A stretch of DNA of 46,690 nucleotides from Fonticula-like sp. SCN 57-25. Lineage: Eukaryota. The notes beneath the pieces are model-generated. The model ran no database searches. It was not told where the DNA came from and was given only the letters and a program-made list of their open reading frames with translations. The position numbers and the translations under genes are program-made. Below, piece by piece: positions 1 to 11,662 of this stretch; the stretch's first letter is position 1, and each line of letters opens with the position of its first letter. The stretch is taken from positions 1 to 46,690 of the forward strand of contig MEDX01000022.1 in NCBI GenBank assembly GCA_001724245.1, in the 5' to 3' direction.

Positions 1-1
1 A

Positions 2-127
2 GACAATTCGCAGACTGTCTGCTTTGATGCGGGACGTCTGCTGTGCAGATCGGGTGAAAATGCCCCGACGGCCAGACCATTGCACGCTAGCGAATTAAAA
101 GAGGATGAAGCAGTAGACATGATGTAA
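2..127 (+). CDS. Possible 3' end of a gene entering from the left
   Basis: Open frame DNSQTVCF...ELKEDEAVDMM* ending in TAA at 125-127; no recognisable motif. Confidence 0.25.
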   Translation, partial: DNSQTVCFDAGRLLCRSGENAPTARPLHASELKEDEAVDMM

Positions 128-314
128 AATTGCCTAGTAAACCACATTGCACATTTACATGGCGCCGTGCCGTCGGTGTATGCCATTCTTTATTCGTGGT
201 ATGGACAAAAAGTCAGGGGTGGAGTTGAAATCTGGGGTGGATTCATGGGTTGGCATACCAATCTTGCATTGTTGCGTCATTTATTGGATGAGAGTTGGTG
301 CACATTTGCGTCAC

Positions 315-352
315 GTAGGCAGACAAAATGACAGTAGGCAGACAAAATGACA
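315..352. repeat. 19-bp perfect tandem duplication
   Basis: gtaggcagacaaaatgaca x2 (315-333, 334-352). Confidence 0.95.
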
Positions 353-518
353 GTGGCGTGACCTTCTATACAAACACGCGCAATATTCGCAATCATTCAG
401 TTTCCCTGCACACGACTGTTGCGTTCCGTATCCTTTCCTCGGTGACGTACTTGTTCCCGATCATCGGGCCGTACCCGTTCTCGCATACCGCTGCACGCCC
501 CTCGTCAGAATAATAAAA

Positions 519-1934
519 TTATATAATGAATGCCTCCGCACCGTAGGTCCACGTGTGGTGCATGTGAATGATGTCTGCAAATATAGGCAGCCAGCTTCTC
601 CTCCTCGACTCGCATACCGAGTTGAACTCTACGCACGCGGTGTACCTCTGCGCCATCCACGCGTTCGCGAGGTGCGCGCCGTGCGGCATGATGAGCACGT
701 CGGCGTTCATAAAATGAAAGGTCTGCTCGGGGAACGTCAGCGACGCCATGTCGTGGATGACCGACGCGTCGATCTCGGTTGGATCGGCGGCACGACCGAC
801 AGCGTCCATAAGCTCGTCCACGTAGGTCAGGTGCCGCGATGACGCGTCGCGCCGGTCGTATGCGAGCACGCGAAGAGGGCCGTCGCCGGTGCGCAGGCGG
901 CTTGTGAGCGTGTCGGCGGCGCCGGGAAGCAGGTAGTCAAGGACGCTGCGGCGGTATAAGAGGAAGCCGCGCTCGTGGAAGGCGTCGCCGGGGCCGCGGA
1001 GGAACCGGTCAGAGGCGTCGCGCGCGCTCTCAAAGCGCTCAAAACAGACAAGCTACCATGCACAAAGTGAGCAATAATGATAAGAAAAAATAGTACGTAC
1101 GGGAGGCAAGAGATGGTCGAATAGAAGGCGCGCGTCAGAGACGTTTGCTGCCGTGATGAGTGTCTTTGCGGCATAGTCGCCGAACGTGTTGCGCGTCCAC
1201 GGGTGGAATGGAAACGTGGCGCAGCCAACGCCGTCAAGCTCGTCGGCAGGGCGACCCTCAACGGCACGGGACATGCCTTGGACGAGAAAGGTGGCACGCT
1301 CGAGTGCGAGGGGTGGTGTGAAAGATGAGCGCCACGCTGCGACGGCGATGTGTGGCCAGACAACGTCCGTCAAAAGATGGCCAACATTGCCCGTGTGCGC
1401 AAACATAAGATGAATAGTCGTCCCTTTTACCATGTAGACTGGGGTATAGGCATGTTAATCAACACGCTTGGTTGCAAGCATCAAATGCGTACTGTCCGAT
1501 GTGTCGGCATTTCGAATATCGGCCAGAGCACGGCCCTTGTACTGCCGCGAAACGGGCGCGCCAACGAGCTCGGGGTCGGTCGAGTAGAGTGTGCCGGTTT
1601 TTCCATCGAGACAGACGTTCTCGCCGGTTTTTCCATCGAGACAGACGTTCTCTAGCACGTCGTATGATTCAGAGTAGGGCACGTCGCCAAAAATGTCGAC
1701 GCGGGACGTTGGCGAAATGCTCTCGAGCGAGATCGGCTCTAGAATCGCCTCTGGCAAGTTAAGCGGAAAGGTACATGATGTATTGACAGCGCCCTTTTGA
1801 TGTTCTTCAAAGGCATTTGACGACGGCGCGGCGGATAGCTGCACGCTCGGGAGATGCGTGACGTCCAGGAAGAAGCCGATCGCGAAGACGATCACAAATA
1901 TGAACGCGACGAGGATGCCCTGGTGGACTCGCAT
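519..1934 (-). CDS. Glycosyltransferase family 61 (DUF563)-like type II membrane protein
   Basis: N-terminal TM (ILVAFIFVIVFAIGFFL), NVGHLLTD and IMPHGAHLANAWM motifs; introns 1439-1492 and 1053-1100 join the frames. The true C-terminus probably extends below 519 through a further intron. Confidence 0.75.
1593..1652. repeat. 30-bp perfect in-frame tandem duplication in the GT61 CDS
   Basis: gccggtttttccatcgagacagacgttctc x2, encoding ENVCLDGKTG twice. Confidence 0.95.
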
Positions 1935-2154
1935 CGGCTCTGCTTAACCACCATGCGCGGGCGACCGGTAAAGAAAAAGACAGACGCTCTCGTATTAGCG
2001 CCAAGGCGGCAACCGCGCACCGTGCGTCACCTTAAACACCGCTGGCATGACTCGCCTCCTGACCGCCAAGCCACTTTGCTGACATGAATCGTCTCAGCCA
2101 CCCCTCGATTTGAGACACACAATCGACGATTAGCAAGCAACCAACATCGACACG

Positions 2155-2852
2155 ATGGCGACCGCCGGCTTCCGCATGAACCACAGTGCGTGCTCCTCTC
2201 TTTGAACCGCATTCCGGTGCTTTACTTACACTATATTTTCCTTAGCGATGCTCCGCATCAAGGACCCAGTCCGCTCGCTCGCCTTTTACCGCGATGTCCT
2301 CGGCATGACGTACGCAGATGTTATTTCCCACGATCGCTCGATGCTCATGCCACATGTCAGTCTGTTCCACGAGATGCCCGTCGCGCGCGGCAAGTTCACC
2401 AACTACTTCCTTGCGTACGCCGAGCCGGGCGAGGTCGTCGCGACGGACGCGGCCGAGCTGCACCGTCAGCTCTTTGGCCGCCAGGGCGTCGTCGAGCTTT
2501 GCCAGTGCGCACCGCCGCCGCCCGTAAACGCAAACTGATCAATGTGTAGCAACTGGGGCACGGAGTCGGACGAGGCCTTTGCGTACCACAACGGCAACGG
2601 CGAGCCGCGTGGCTTTGGTACTGTCCTTCTACCTTTATTGTATATTTTGCTGATGATCCTTTAGGTCACATCTGCATCACCGTGCCCGACATCCAGGAGG
2701 CGTGCAAGCGCTTCGAGTCGCTCGGCGTCCGCTTCATCAAGACGCTCGAGGGCGGAATGATGCGTAATATTGCGTTCATTGCCGATCCGGATGGCTACTG
2801 GATCGAGGTCGTGTCGTTCAAGCAGCAGCCGTTCATCCCGGAGAGCGCGTGA
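2155..2852 (+). CDS. GLO1: Lactoylglutathione lyase (glyoxalase I), 5 exons
   Basis: Spliced product [18 protein letters not shown]...ELCHNWGTE...[20 protein letters not shown]...[14 protein letters not shown]; four GT-AG introns. Confidence 0.95.
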
Positions 2853-3192
2853 ATATTGGCGAGGGTGTAGGACGACATTAGCTGCGATATTTGAAATGAC
2901 CATAGCCGTGTGTTACACTGCGCGGTTTGATTTTAGTGCCAGTGCATGCATATAAAGTACTAGAATACAATATATCAGTGCGGAAGTAATATATCATTGC
3001 ATGCCATTGGATGGACACTTGTATCAGTGTAGATGAAAGAATTCATATGTCTACATAGTGCAACATACATAGCACGTATCATGTGTGTATCAGCCGTATG
3101 TGTGCCCTGTATCGGTATGAAGTATCATATTAACATAATGCAAACAATAATGAACAACGCCCGCTCATAAAATAACATAAAACGCGCCATCA

Positions 3193-4978
3193 TTAAGCGC
3201 CGCTCTGAGCCGCCCTGAGCCGTGCATTCTCCTCCGCCAGCTCCTGCATACTCGCCCTACACATCCTCTGTTAGCATTACCTATAATATTAAACCACAAC
3301 GCACAGCGTCTCCGTCATGATTCCTTCTGTCCCCCGCCGAAGCGTCTCCATGCGCGCCGTCGCATCGTCCGTCTCGCGCTGCGCGTCCCTCAGCAGCGAG
3401 CGCAGCTCTGCATTTTCGCGCCGCAGCTGTGCCGTCGCCTGCTGCACAGCCTCATCGCCGTCGGCCGTCCTGCTCGCCGCTTCCTCCACCCGCTTCTTCA
3501 GCTCGTCAATCTGCTGCCGCTGCACCTCGACAAGGAAGCGAAGCGAGCGAACGCGCTGGCGGCCACGCTCGGCCGACGCGCGCGGCTCGGGAGACGCCGA
3601 CGCGGCGGGCTCAGTCTGCGTACCAGACTCGGCCACGCGCGGCGGCTGCACAGCCTGCTCATGACCATCAATTGCATTCTCCTGATCCTGATCCTGCTCC
3701 TGGTGAATATCTTGATCCATATGTACAGCACTCTGCTCATTCTGCTGCTCCTGCTCGACCTCTTGCTGCGGCTGTTCCTCGTAGAGAACGCGCAGGATGC
3801 GGCGGTCGACCGGCGGCATGTTTTCCTGGTTGGAGTGCGGCGCGCGTGCGTGCCTAGTGCTGCTCGAGAAGCCGCCGCGGAGGTAGGGCGTTGGCGGAAG
3901 GCGCGCCTCGAGGAGGGCGGCAGGGGCGGGCTGCGTGGCAGCGGCAAGGTCGGCGAGGGCAAGGCGATTCATCATGGAGAGCTGCGCGATGTGCGATTGC
4001 GCAGCGGAGAGGTCAAGGCGGAGACGCGCGACTTCGCGATCAAGCTGAAACAGTAATGTGTCAATAATCATACGCACATACCACATGTGTATATAAACTC
4101 TACATACAGTCCACGTATCAAAATAAAACAAACTTACATTATCAACCCGTCCATCCCATACTGCTTTATCCAGTATCGGCCCCTCTCGTACGCTCTCGTT
4201 CTCCTTCAGTGTTGCGGCCAGGGCCGCGTGCTTGACCGCTGCGTCCTCGACGGCTGCCTTGAGGTGCGCCGTCATCTCCTCAAGCAGCGCCGCCGAATTG
4301 TCCGTGTCCGTACCCACCGCCGTCGACCTCGTCTCCACCGACGCCTGCGTCGCTGCAGACTGCGAGTCCGGAGTGGACTGTGTCCCGCTGTCGACGCTGT
4401 TGCTTAGCTGCGACTCGCTCAGCAGCGGCGCCGGCGCAAGCGGCTCGGCATTCGTGCTCTGACGCTTGCTCGGAATGACAATCTCGATGACATCTTCGTA
4501 GATCGAGTCGGCCTTTCGCTTGACCGATCCCGAAGACGAAGACGATGGTGCCCGCGGAGCCGGCGGGGTGGAGGTGACGCGCGGGCGCGGCGGCGGCGCG
4601 ACCGACGAGCCTACGCTCGAACGCGATGATCCGCCGCTCAGACGCGCAGATTCGCGGCGCGAATCACGCCGCGATTCCGTTGTCGATGTGCTCGACGGCG
4701 CGCTTTTTGACCGCGAGCTCGTTGAAAAGTTAAACTCTTGCGGGATGGTCACGTTGCGCGGGGCGGCCGACGGCGGTGCGGGGCGCGGCGCACGAGCCGC
4801 CTTGTTGTCGTGGAGTTGCGTCAGACGCGCGTTCGCGAGAGATGCGTCAGTGGCATTGACATCTGGTGGCGCGCGCCAAGGGGCAAGGAAAGGCTCGCGT
4901 TAATGCCAAGAACGAAACAAGGAAATCGCGCGTACCGATCTTCTGTAGCCCCCTGACATTTCGACCGGGCGCCGACAT
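3193..4978 (-). CDS. Low-complexity/coiled-coil protein with a TPX2-like TIPQEFNFST motif
   Basis: Long ORF 3289-4752 plus short flanking exons (MSAPGRNVRGLQKI at the start, LASMQELAEENARLRAAQSGA* at the end); Ser/Arg/Pro-rich N-half and heptad-rich C-half. Confidence 0.6.
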
Positions 4979-5403
4979 TTATGCTACACGCCCTTTCTCT
5001 GGGCCTTCTTCCTTTCCCCTCAGTGCGCCTCTTGCCGGCGGCCAAAACGCGCGGGACGCCTGAGAAACGGCGGCGTTCAAAATCAGCGCAAGTTCGCGCG
5101 CTCCCCATATTGCGCCATGTTAACGACCGAAAAAGGGCGCGCGTTTGCTAATCACTGATTAGCTGACAATGGTCAGCTCAGGTATCCCATGTGAAGGGCG
5201 GTCGACTACGACCTTCGTATCTTTCACGTCCTCTCGCGCGCGAAAGGACGGATCTTTGCAGTCTGCGCTTTCAGCTTGCTTGACGACGTCACTGTATTTG
5301 AGGTGTGAACGTGCAGGCGTAGAGGACGACTGATAGGGGAACGCATTCGCTGCGTTTGATTTGTTTGCGTGTAAGCAGCTTTTTTCGTTAAGCCGCCTAC
5401 AAC

Positions 5404-7868
5404 ATGGCCAACGCGCCCCGTGTACGTCCTTTTTTTCTAGCTTTGCCGCGCTTTAATTTTACTATTTCTTTTCTGACGCGCATTTTTGCCTCCTTTTCTT
5501 TTATCATTGCAGGGCGGAAAGGGAAGCAAATGGGTGCCGTTTGAGGCCTTTGTGTCGCAGCATGGCGTGAGCACTGGCGCGCCGAGCGCGACCGATGCTG
5601 ACCAGAGCCGGCCGCCTCGCCCGAACAACGCCGGGTCCCGCCGCCCGCCGGCCGGCAACGGCAAGCGTTCCTATGGCCCGCCTGGTGGTCAGGGCCGTGG
5701 TGGAGCGCAGTACAGCGGTGGCATGTATGCCCCCTTTGGGCAGGTGCCGCTCGATGAGGAGACCCTCAAGATGTACATTCGCGGCCAAGTGTACGTCTCT
5801 TTTCTTTTTGTATGCGGAGAACCTCGTGCTGATTATATCCTTGCTGCGTTCTTGCTGTTAGCGAGTACTATTTTAGCGTGCCGAACCTCGCGCGGGATGT
5901 GTACATCCGCCGCTTGATGGACGCCGAGGGCTTTGTCCCGCTCGAGCAGGTCGCCGCGTTCAACCGCGTCAAGAACCTCACCGACGACGTGAATGTTGTG
6001 CTGGAGGCCATCCAGGATACGCCCGACCTCGAGGTCGTGGACCACAAGATTCGGAGACGGAATGACTGGCAGCGCTTCCTCCTGCCCAGCGTGCAGGGCG
6101 GGTCGCCCTCCATCCCGGCCCTCGAGGAGCCCACTGATAGCCCAAAAATGGTACGAATAGCATAAATGGAGTGGAATTTTATGATGTTGTGACTGGAACT
6201 GTGTCTTTTTGTGGCTGTGTAAGGCATTTTTCGGTTTGTTCTTGACCACTTTTGTTTCGCTCTTGGCACTTTTTCTGACCTCCTTTTTAGACGGCATCTT
6301 CCTCGTCGAGCAGCGTCGCCTCGCTTGACGGCCTCGATGACGAGTCGGAAGAAAAGTGGACTGTTGCCTCTGGCCGCCGCAACTCGCGCCAGCACCGCCG
6401 CTCCTCCTTTAGCAACGCTGCCGGCGACCTTGTCCTCGATGAGGAGCTTGAGAGCGGCAGCATCACGCGCGGCCGCTACTACATGTCTGACGACGACGAG
6501 AGCGACCTTGACGAGCCCTCCTCTGACATTGAGGACGAGTTTTTGGCCAAGCTTGTTATTGTAACGCAGCGCTCTCGGCGAAGCGAAGAGAACGACAAGA
6601 CTGGCGTTGCGTTCCACCGCAAGGCGATGAACGACGAGCTCAGCGACGTCATCAACGACGGTCTTTTGCAGTACGAGAAGCAGCAGCGCAGCCCGCGCGG
6701 CAAGGACCGCAACCGCGGCCGCCGCTTCAACGACCAAAAGGTCGACACGATCAACGAGGAGGAGTTCCAGAGCCTGCAGCGCGTCGCCCCGCGCCCCGCG
6801 CCGTCGCGCAGCCAGCTCGTGCCGTCCGCGAATGTGTCTGCGCCGACGCCGGCCTCGACGCCCATGGCGTACGGCTCGCACCTCGGCGTGACGCCGTCGC
6901 AGTCGTTCATGCTGGGCACGTCGCCCGGCAACTCTGTCGGCCTGTCGACGTCGTTTGGCTCGTCGTCTTCGATGCGCAATTCGTACCACAAGGAGCAGCA
7001 GGCTGCCCACCAGCAGGCGTCGCACCAGTCGCACGGGCAGGGCCGCCGCGGCGGTCAGGGCAAGGGCAACGCCGACAGCGCGCGCAACGCCGACGGCTCG
7101 CTGCGCTTCTACTCGCTGCGCAAGGACAAGCACATCCCGGTGGACCGCCCGAGCAAGCAGAAGACGGCGCACTCGTCGAACCCGCCGTTTGAGGAGCACG
7201 TCGGATGGCTCGTCGGCGAGGCCGACGCCGCGGCGCTCGAGGACGACAAGATCTCGGCGAGCCCGTCGGCGTCGCCGATGCCGTCGCCGTCCAACTCGAG
7301 CCTCTCGACCTCGTGGAAGGGCCCGAGCTCGTTTGAGCCGTCGTCGTTCACTGGGCTGCAGCACCCGTCGCGCGACATTCTCAAGGAGAACGGCTTCAAT
7401 CAGCACAAGTACTACAAGTACCGCTCAAAGGCGCTCAAGGAGCGCAAGCGGCTCGGCGCGGGCATGTCGCGCGAGATGAACACGCTCCTCCGCTTCTGGT
7501 CGTACTTTTTGCGCGACCATTTCAATAAGCGCATGTACAATGAGTTTAAAAAGGTCGCGCTCGAGGACGCCGCGCAGGACTACCGCTACGGCCTCGAGTG
7601 CCTCTTCCGCTTCTACAGCTACGGCCTCGAAAAGAAGTTCCGCCCCGAGGTCGCCCGCGAGTTCCAGGAGCTCGCGCTCCAGGATTACAAGGAGGGTCAC
7701 CTCTACGGTGTCGAAAAGTACTTTGCGTACCTCATGTACAGGCCCGACAAGGAGACCAACAACGTCGAGACCATGCCCGAGCTCCAGGCCGTGCTCGACA
7801 AGTTCAAGTCGCTCGACGACTTTAAGGTCGCCGCGGCGGCTGCGGCGGCTGCGGCCGGCAAGGCGTGA
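5404..7868 (+). CDS. LARP1: La-related protein 1 (La motif + DM15)
   Basis: La motif [33 protein letters not shown]-terminal DM15 region [12 protein letters not shown]...[18 protein letters not shown]...[18 protein letters not shown]; 3 introns. Confidence 0.95.
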
Positions 7869-8187
7869 GAATGTGGGCGAGATCGCGGCGGAAAAGGTAT
7901 TTTCGGCTGATTTTGGCGTTTTCAAACTCGTTTCTTTATTCCTCCTTTTATTCTCTTTCGTTTCGCTCGGCGAGCAGTTCCGGCCATATCATCAGCATTG
8001 GAAAATTGTGTGTTTTTCGTGAGAAACGAGACGTATATAGGACATGGCATGTTAGGGCGTGCAAAAAGTGGCAAGTATATATATATAAAAATGAAAGGTT
8101 TGAGTTGCCGCTATTTCCTTAATTTGACAAACCGGTATTATTGCTACACACATAAAGTCGAAAATGAAAGGAAAGGCCGTGTGATGT

Positions 8188-8562
8188 TTACAGGCCGCCC
8201 TTGGGGAGCGTCGCGGCGATGCGCTCGCCAATGATGCCCCACGTCATCCACTCCACCTGGAAGATGATGAACCAGATAATAAACGGAAATGTGACAATGA
8301 CGGCCGCGCCGAGCCCGCGATACACATCTAATTGTTCAATTAAGAAAGGGAAGGGGCAAGAGAAAGGGTCAGCGCATGGCGGTCATCGCGGGATGGGCGC
8401 ACAGTTGCGGGCGGCCTGCGGCGTATCCTCCTTTTTCAAGATCGGGAAAAAGAGCAAAAAGTTAAATATCCACATGAAGGGAAGGAGAAAGAAGCCGGCA
8501 ATGTAGAGCTTGCGCGCCACGGCGACCTTTTGCTCCTCGGGGAGCTTTTCAAACCGCACCAT
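8188..8562 (-). CDS. PSENEN: Gamma-secretase subunit PEN-2
   Basis: About 100 aa: MVRFEKLPEEQKVAVARKLYIAGFFLLPFMWIFNFLLFF...N|YVYRG...IIWFIIFQ..W..WGIIGERIAATLPKGGL; one intron. Confidence 0.9.
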
Positions 8563-8983
8563 GGCGGCCGCTTTGTGTTTGCTCGAGGGCGCTCGAGAAT
8601 AATGATCCGATTTGATTGGTCGGCTCTTGATATACAAGGCGCTGATTGGCTGCCGTCGGCTCTGTGTATGCAGGGACGGCAGCGGTGAAGCAAGGGGAGC
8701 AAAGCGTACTGGGCGTACTAAAAGACATTGAATAAGAGTATATCATTATATCTAACGTCTAGGAAATTGCTATTGTCTTGGTATTCCGTTTAATGGACCA
8801 TTCTCACATGATAAATTCGGAATCAAATGCCTAGTTGTCTTTATAAAATATGCTCATAAAGTATCACAGAAGCACTCTTATGGTCACTTTTACACATATG
8901 CATAGTTGTACAATCATACTTTTCTACCACGCGGCTGCGTCTGTAGTCAAAAACTCGCTCGGCCGCCCTCTTTTCTCAGAACT

Positions 8984-10000
8984 TTATGCAGAAGGTGTCG
9001 GCGCCGCGCTGCTGTGCTGCTCGATGAGGCTCTTCAAAACTGTAATTTCCTTGCGCAGTCTGCTCTCGGTCGAGTCGCACGAGAGAAGCTCCTGCCTGAA
9101 ATCCTATTGGTACAGCGATGTCAGCACAAAAGAGTCAGCGTGATAGCGCGCGCACCCTTGCGGCCGGCAGGAGCGCCGCGAGCTTGTATGAAAACGACGC
9201 CATGTCATTCTTTTGAATTGCGCTTGAAAGGTCGTTGAGGAGCAACTGGTTGACGATCGGCACGTCAAAGGGCGCGTCGTACGGAAGGTCGATGCACTTG
9301 TGGAAGAGATCCTTGGCTTCGTTGGCGAGTGCGTGCATCCTCTCGCTGGTCGCAGCGCCGCTGGCCGCCTCGGTCGCGCCCGCAGACGCCGCCGCGGTGT
9401 CCTCAGAGTCGATAAACTCGACTTCGGCGACGTGGAATCCGAGCAGATTCCGCTCCTGATGCAGGATGCGGAACCGGCGCAGGCCCTCGCAGTCGACCTT
9501 TCCGTTCAGTGTACCGCCCGATGCCGGCAGGCGCAGCAGCGCCTCCGTACCAATGTCCTCACCCGCCCAGTCTGTGATGAGCTTGATGCGCGACGATGCG
9601 GGCGCAGCGGGATCCACGGGCGGGGCCGGCAGCGGCGACGGCGCCTTGAGCGTGACGACGCCGAATGTCGGGCGATCGCTCTTTACCAAATCAGAAATCA
9701 TAAACCTAAAAGAAAAGACGGAAAGAGAGAAAAAAGAGCGTGAGAATAGTGCGGGGGCGGCGCGACAAAAGAGGCGCACTGATGACGTGGCTCGCAAAGC
9801 GGGAGTGTGGCCTTGGTGCCCGGGAACAGCACCGAGTTGTTTTCAAAGAGCGCGAGGCGGCCATACCGGTCCGAGCCGCCCTTTGCGGGTAACGTAGAAG
9901 GCGAGGAAGAGGAAGAGGGCGTGACGGACATGAAGCGAGCGCCGTGGGAGCGCAGGGCGGCGCCCATCCGCGCCACCGACGCACTCGTCCGCAGCATCAT
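8984..10000 (-). CDS. Lon protease N-terminal (substrate-binding) domain-only protein, likely mitochondrial
   Basis: Arg/Ser/Ala-rich presequence; LALFENNSVLFPG..LPLCEPRH, FGVV, IGTEA, EGLRRFRIL, AEVEFI, FSYKLAALLP, RQELLSCDSTESRL; 2 introns. Confidence 0.8.
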
Positions 10001-10107
10001 CTCGGGATGTGGTCTTGTGACAATGCTGTGGACAATCTGATGACGTCAACCAAATGTGGGGGGTGTATTCGTCTGGAATGATCGGTTTTCATGTACAAAA
10101 GTGATGT

Positions 10108-11466
10108 TTAAAAGTCTACGAGTGAAGCGAGGAGCCCGCCGGCGGTGAGGACAAAGCCCGACGCCTCGAGCCACCACACGCTGAATGACAAGACGGGCCC
10201 GAGGACGGCGCCCATGTGCGTGGCCGCCGGGTTGGCGAAGGCCGGGATCCCGTACTGATCGCCGCCGACGGCCGCGAGCATGGCGGCGAGTAGGAGCGAC
10301 ATGAGCGGCAGCGCAATGCACTGGAGCGCGACGGCGTTGATGTGGAAGAGCGACGGCGTCACCATGGCCTTGAGATTGTTGTACGACATGCGGCCGGGCA
10401 CCTCGGACGCCTTCTTGATGCTGCGCGGGACAGCGTCGAAATAGGCCTGCAGGTACGCGCGGTACGCGAGCAGCTGCACGGCCGCGGAGGCAAGCGCGAG
10501 AGAGCAGCGCACGGTTGAACGCCACGCGACGGGGATGGCCGACCCCACGTGCACCTGGAAGGAGATGGTCGTCAGAAGGGGCAGGATGATGGCCGCGTGG
10601 AGCAAAAACTGCCGAACGAGGCCGGTGTCGGGCGAGTTCAGCGCTTCGAAATGCCAAGTGGCACGGCGGCGGAAGACAATGGAAAAGACGCCGGTGCAGA
10701 AGGAGAGCACGAGGGCGAGCGACAGCTGCATGCTGCTGTACGTCATGCGGAACTCGGACGAGATGGGGAGGTTGGCGACGCGCGTAAAGTCAGCGTACAT
10801 GTCCGCCATCGCCGCGTGGGCTGTCAAGTGAGGGTGATTAGTACAAAATAAATCGAATAGAAAAGACGCACAGCTTTCGAGGTCAAAGTCGAGGATGCCA
10901 GCCGAGGCGCCGGCGTACGCGAGGAGAATGAAAGCAAAGGTCCCGACGGCGATCATGACGGCGCGCTGCGTCTCGCTACGCTGCACCGACGCGCGCATAC
11001 TAGCAATGGCGAGGTTCTTGGACGCGTACACGATCGCGATGCAGAGCCAGATGAGGCCCCAGTCGGTCGACTGCTCCTTGTAGTGCATGATCACGCGGGA
11101 TGCAGCGAGGATGATAAAGGCGCACAGAGAAAACAGGACAGTGCTCTGCAGGGCGTCCCAGCTGTGGCGGTTAGCCAGAAAGCCTTCAGTAGCGCGTGCG
11201 GGAAGGCCGATGCGCGTGCGCTCAAGCTTCAGCTCGCCGAGATCGCTCTTGGCGACAGTCAGCTCGGTCGCCAGCTGCGACAGCGAGGAACCCTTGTTGC
11301 CGGCAGCATTGAGAGGAACGCGAAAGAGCTGGAGCATGTCACTGTCAGACGGCAACTGGTAGTAGTAAATGCCGACCAGAAGCCGCTGCGTAAAATGCAG
11401 GAAATTGCGCAGGCGCCATATTAAGAACACGACGACCACCGAGGCCGTCAGCTGCGTCCCCAGCAT
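10108..11466 (-). CDS. TMEM161: TMEM161 family multi-pass membrane protein
   Basis: MLGTQLTASVVVVFLIWRL...YYYQLPSDSDM, YRAYLQAYFD and VALQCIALP resemble TMEM161A/B; one in-frame intron near 10822-10872. Confidence 0.8.
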   Translation of the reverse strand: MLGTQLTASVVVVFLIWRLRNFLHFTQRLLVGIYYYQLPSDSDMLQLFRVPLNAAGNKGSSLSQLATELTVAKSDLGELKLERTRIGLPARATEGFLANRHSWDALQSTVLFSLCAFIILAASRVIMHYKEQSTDWGLIWLCIAIVYASKNLAIASMRASVQRSETQRAVMIAVGTFAFILLAYAGASAGILDFDLESCASFLFDLFCTNHPHLTAHAAMADMYADFTRVANLPISSEFRMTYSSMQLSLALVLSFCTGVFSIVFRRRATWHFEALNSPDTGLVRQFLLHAAIILPLLTTISFQVHVGSAIPVAWRSTVRCSLALASAAVQLLAYRAYLQAYFDAVPRSIKKASEVPGRMSYNNLKAMVTPSLFHINAVALQCIALPLMSLLLAAMLAAVGGDQYGIPAFANPAATHMGAVLGPVLSFSVWWLEASGFVLTAGGLLASLVDF

Positions 11467-11662
11467 GATGATGTGATGCGAGGCGGGTTCACTTGAGGGG
11501 CAGATTCCCTTGAGGGGCAGTGATATTGTAGTGCCCAATTTGAATTTGGGCAGGTCTTTCAGCGGTGTCCTGCTCTGCGCCTTCGTACGGCTCTCTTATC
11601 TGTAGCTGACAACAGAAATAGTGCAATAAGCGGTACTAAAAAGCTTTTTTTAACGCCGAGGC

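Noticed and set aside
5155-5250. Hammerhead or TPP riboswitch reading of the hairpin chain
   Set aside because: CUGAUUA is not followed by stem II-GAAA in the right order, and the TPP core motifs are absent.
5830-5845. ATATCCTT / GTATCCTT U12-type donor look-alikes (also near 428 and 29561)
   Set aside because: Inside a normal intron or on the non-coding strand; no gene model needs a U12 intron.
6151-6290. Longer T-rich introns (LARP1, symplekin, DEPDC5) as snoRNA hosts
   Set aside because: No convincing RUGAUGA/CUGA pair with terminal stem or H/ACA layout; they look like simple GT-rich expansions.
5868-7406. Long antisense/alternate-frame ORFs (also 13331-14362, 14565-15692, 15293-16273, 19934-20899, 21802-22626, 24969-26060)
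   Set aside because: Shadow ORFs from high GC3 codon usage over clearly identified genes; no family motifs.
11539-11544. CHR-like TTTGAA upstream of shugoshin and gene 3 (5076), CRE at 10041, E-box at 26770, CCAAT boxes
   Set aside because: Short common motifs; plausible but not distinguishable from chance without genome-wide statistics.
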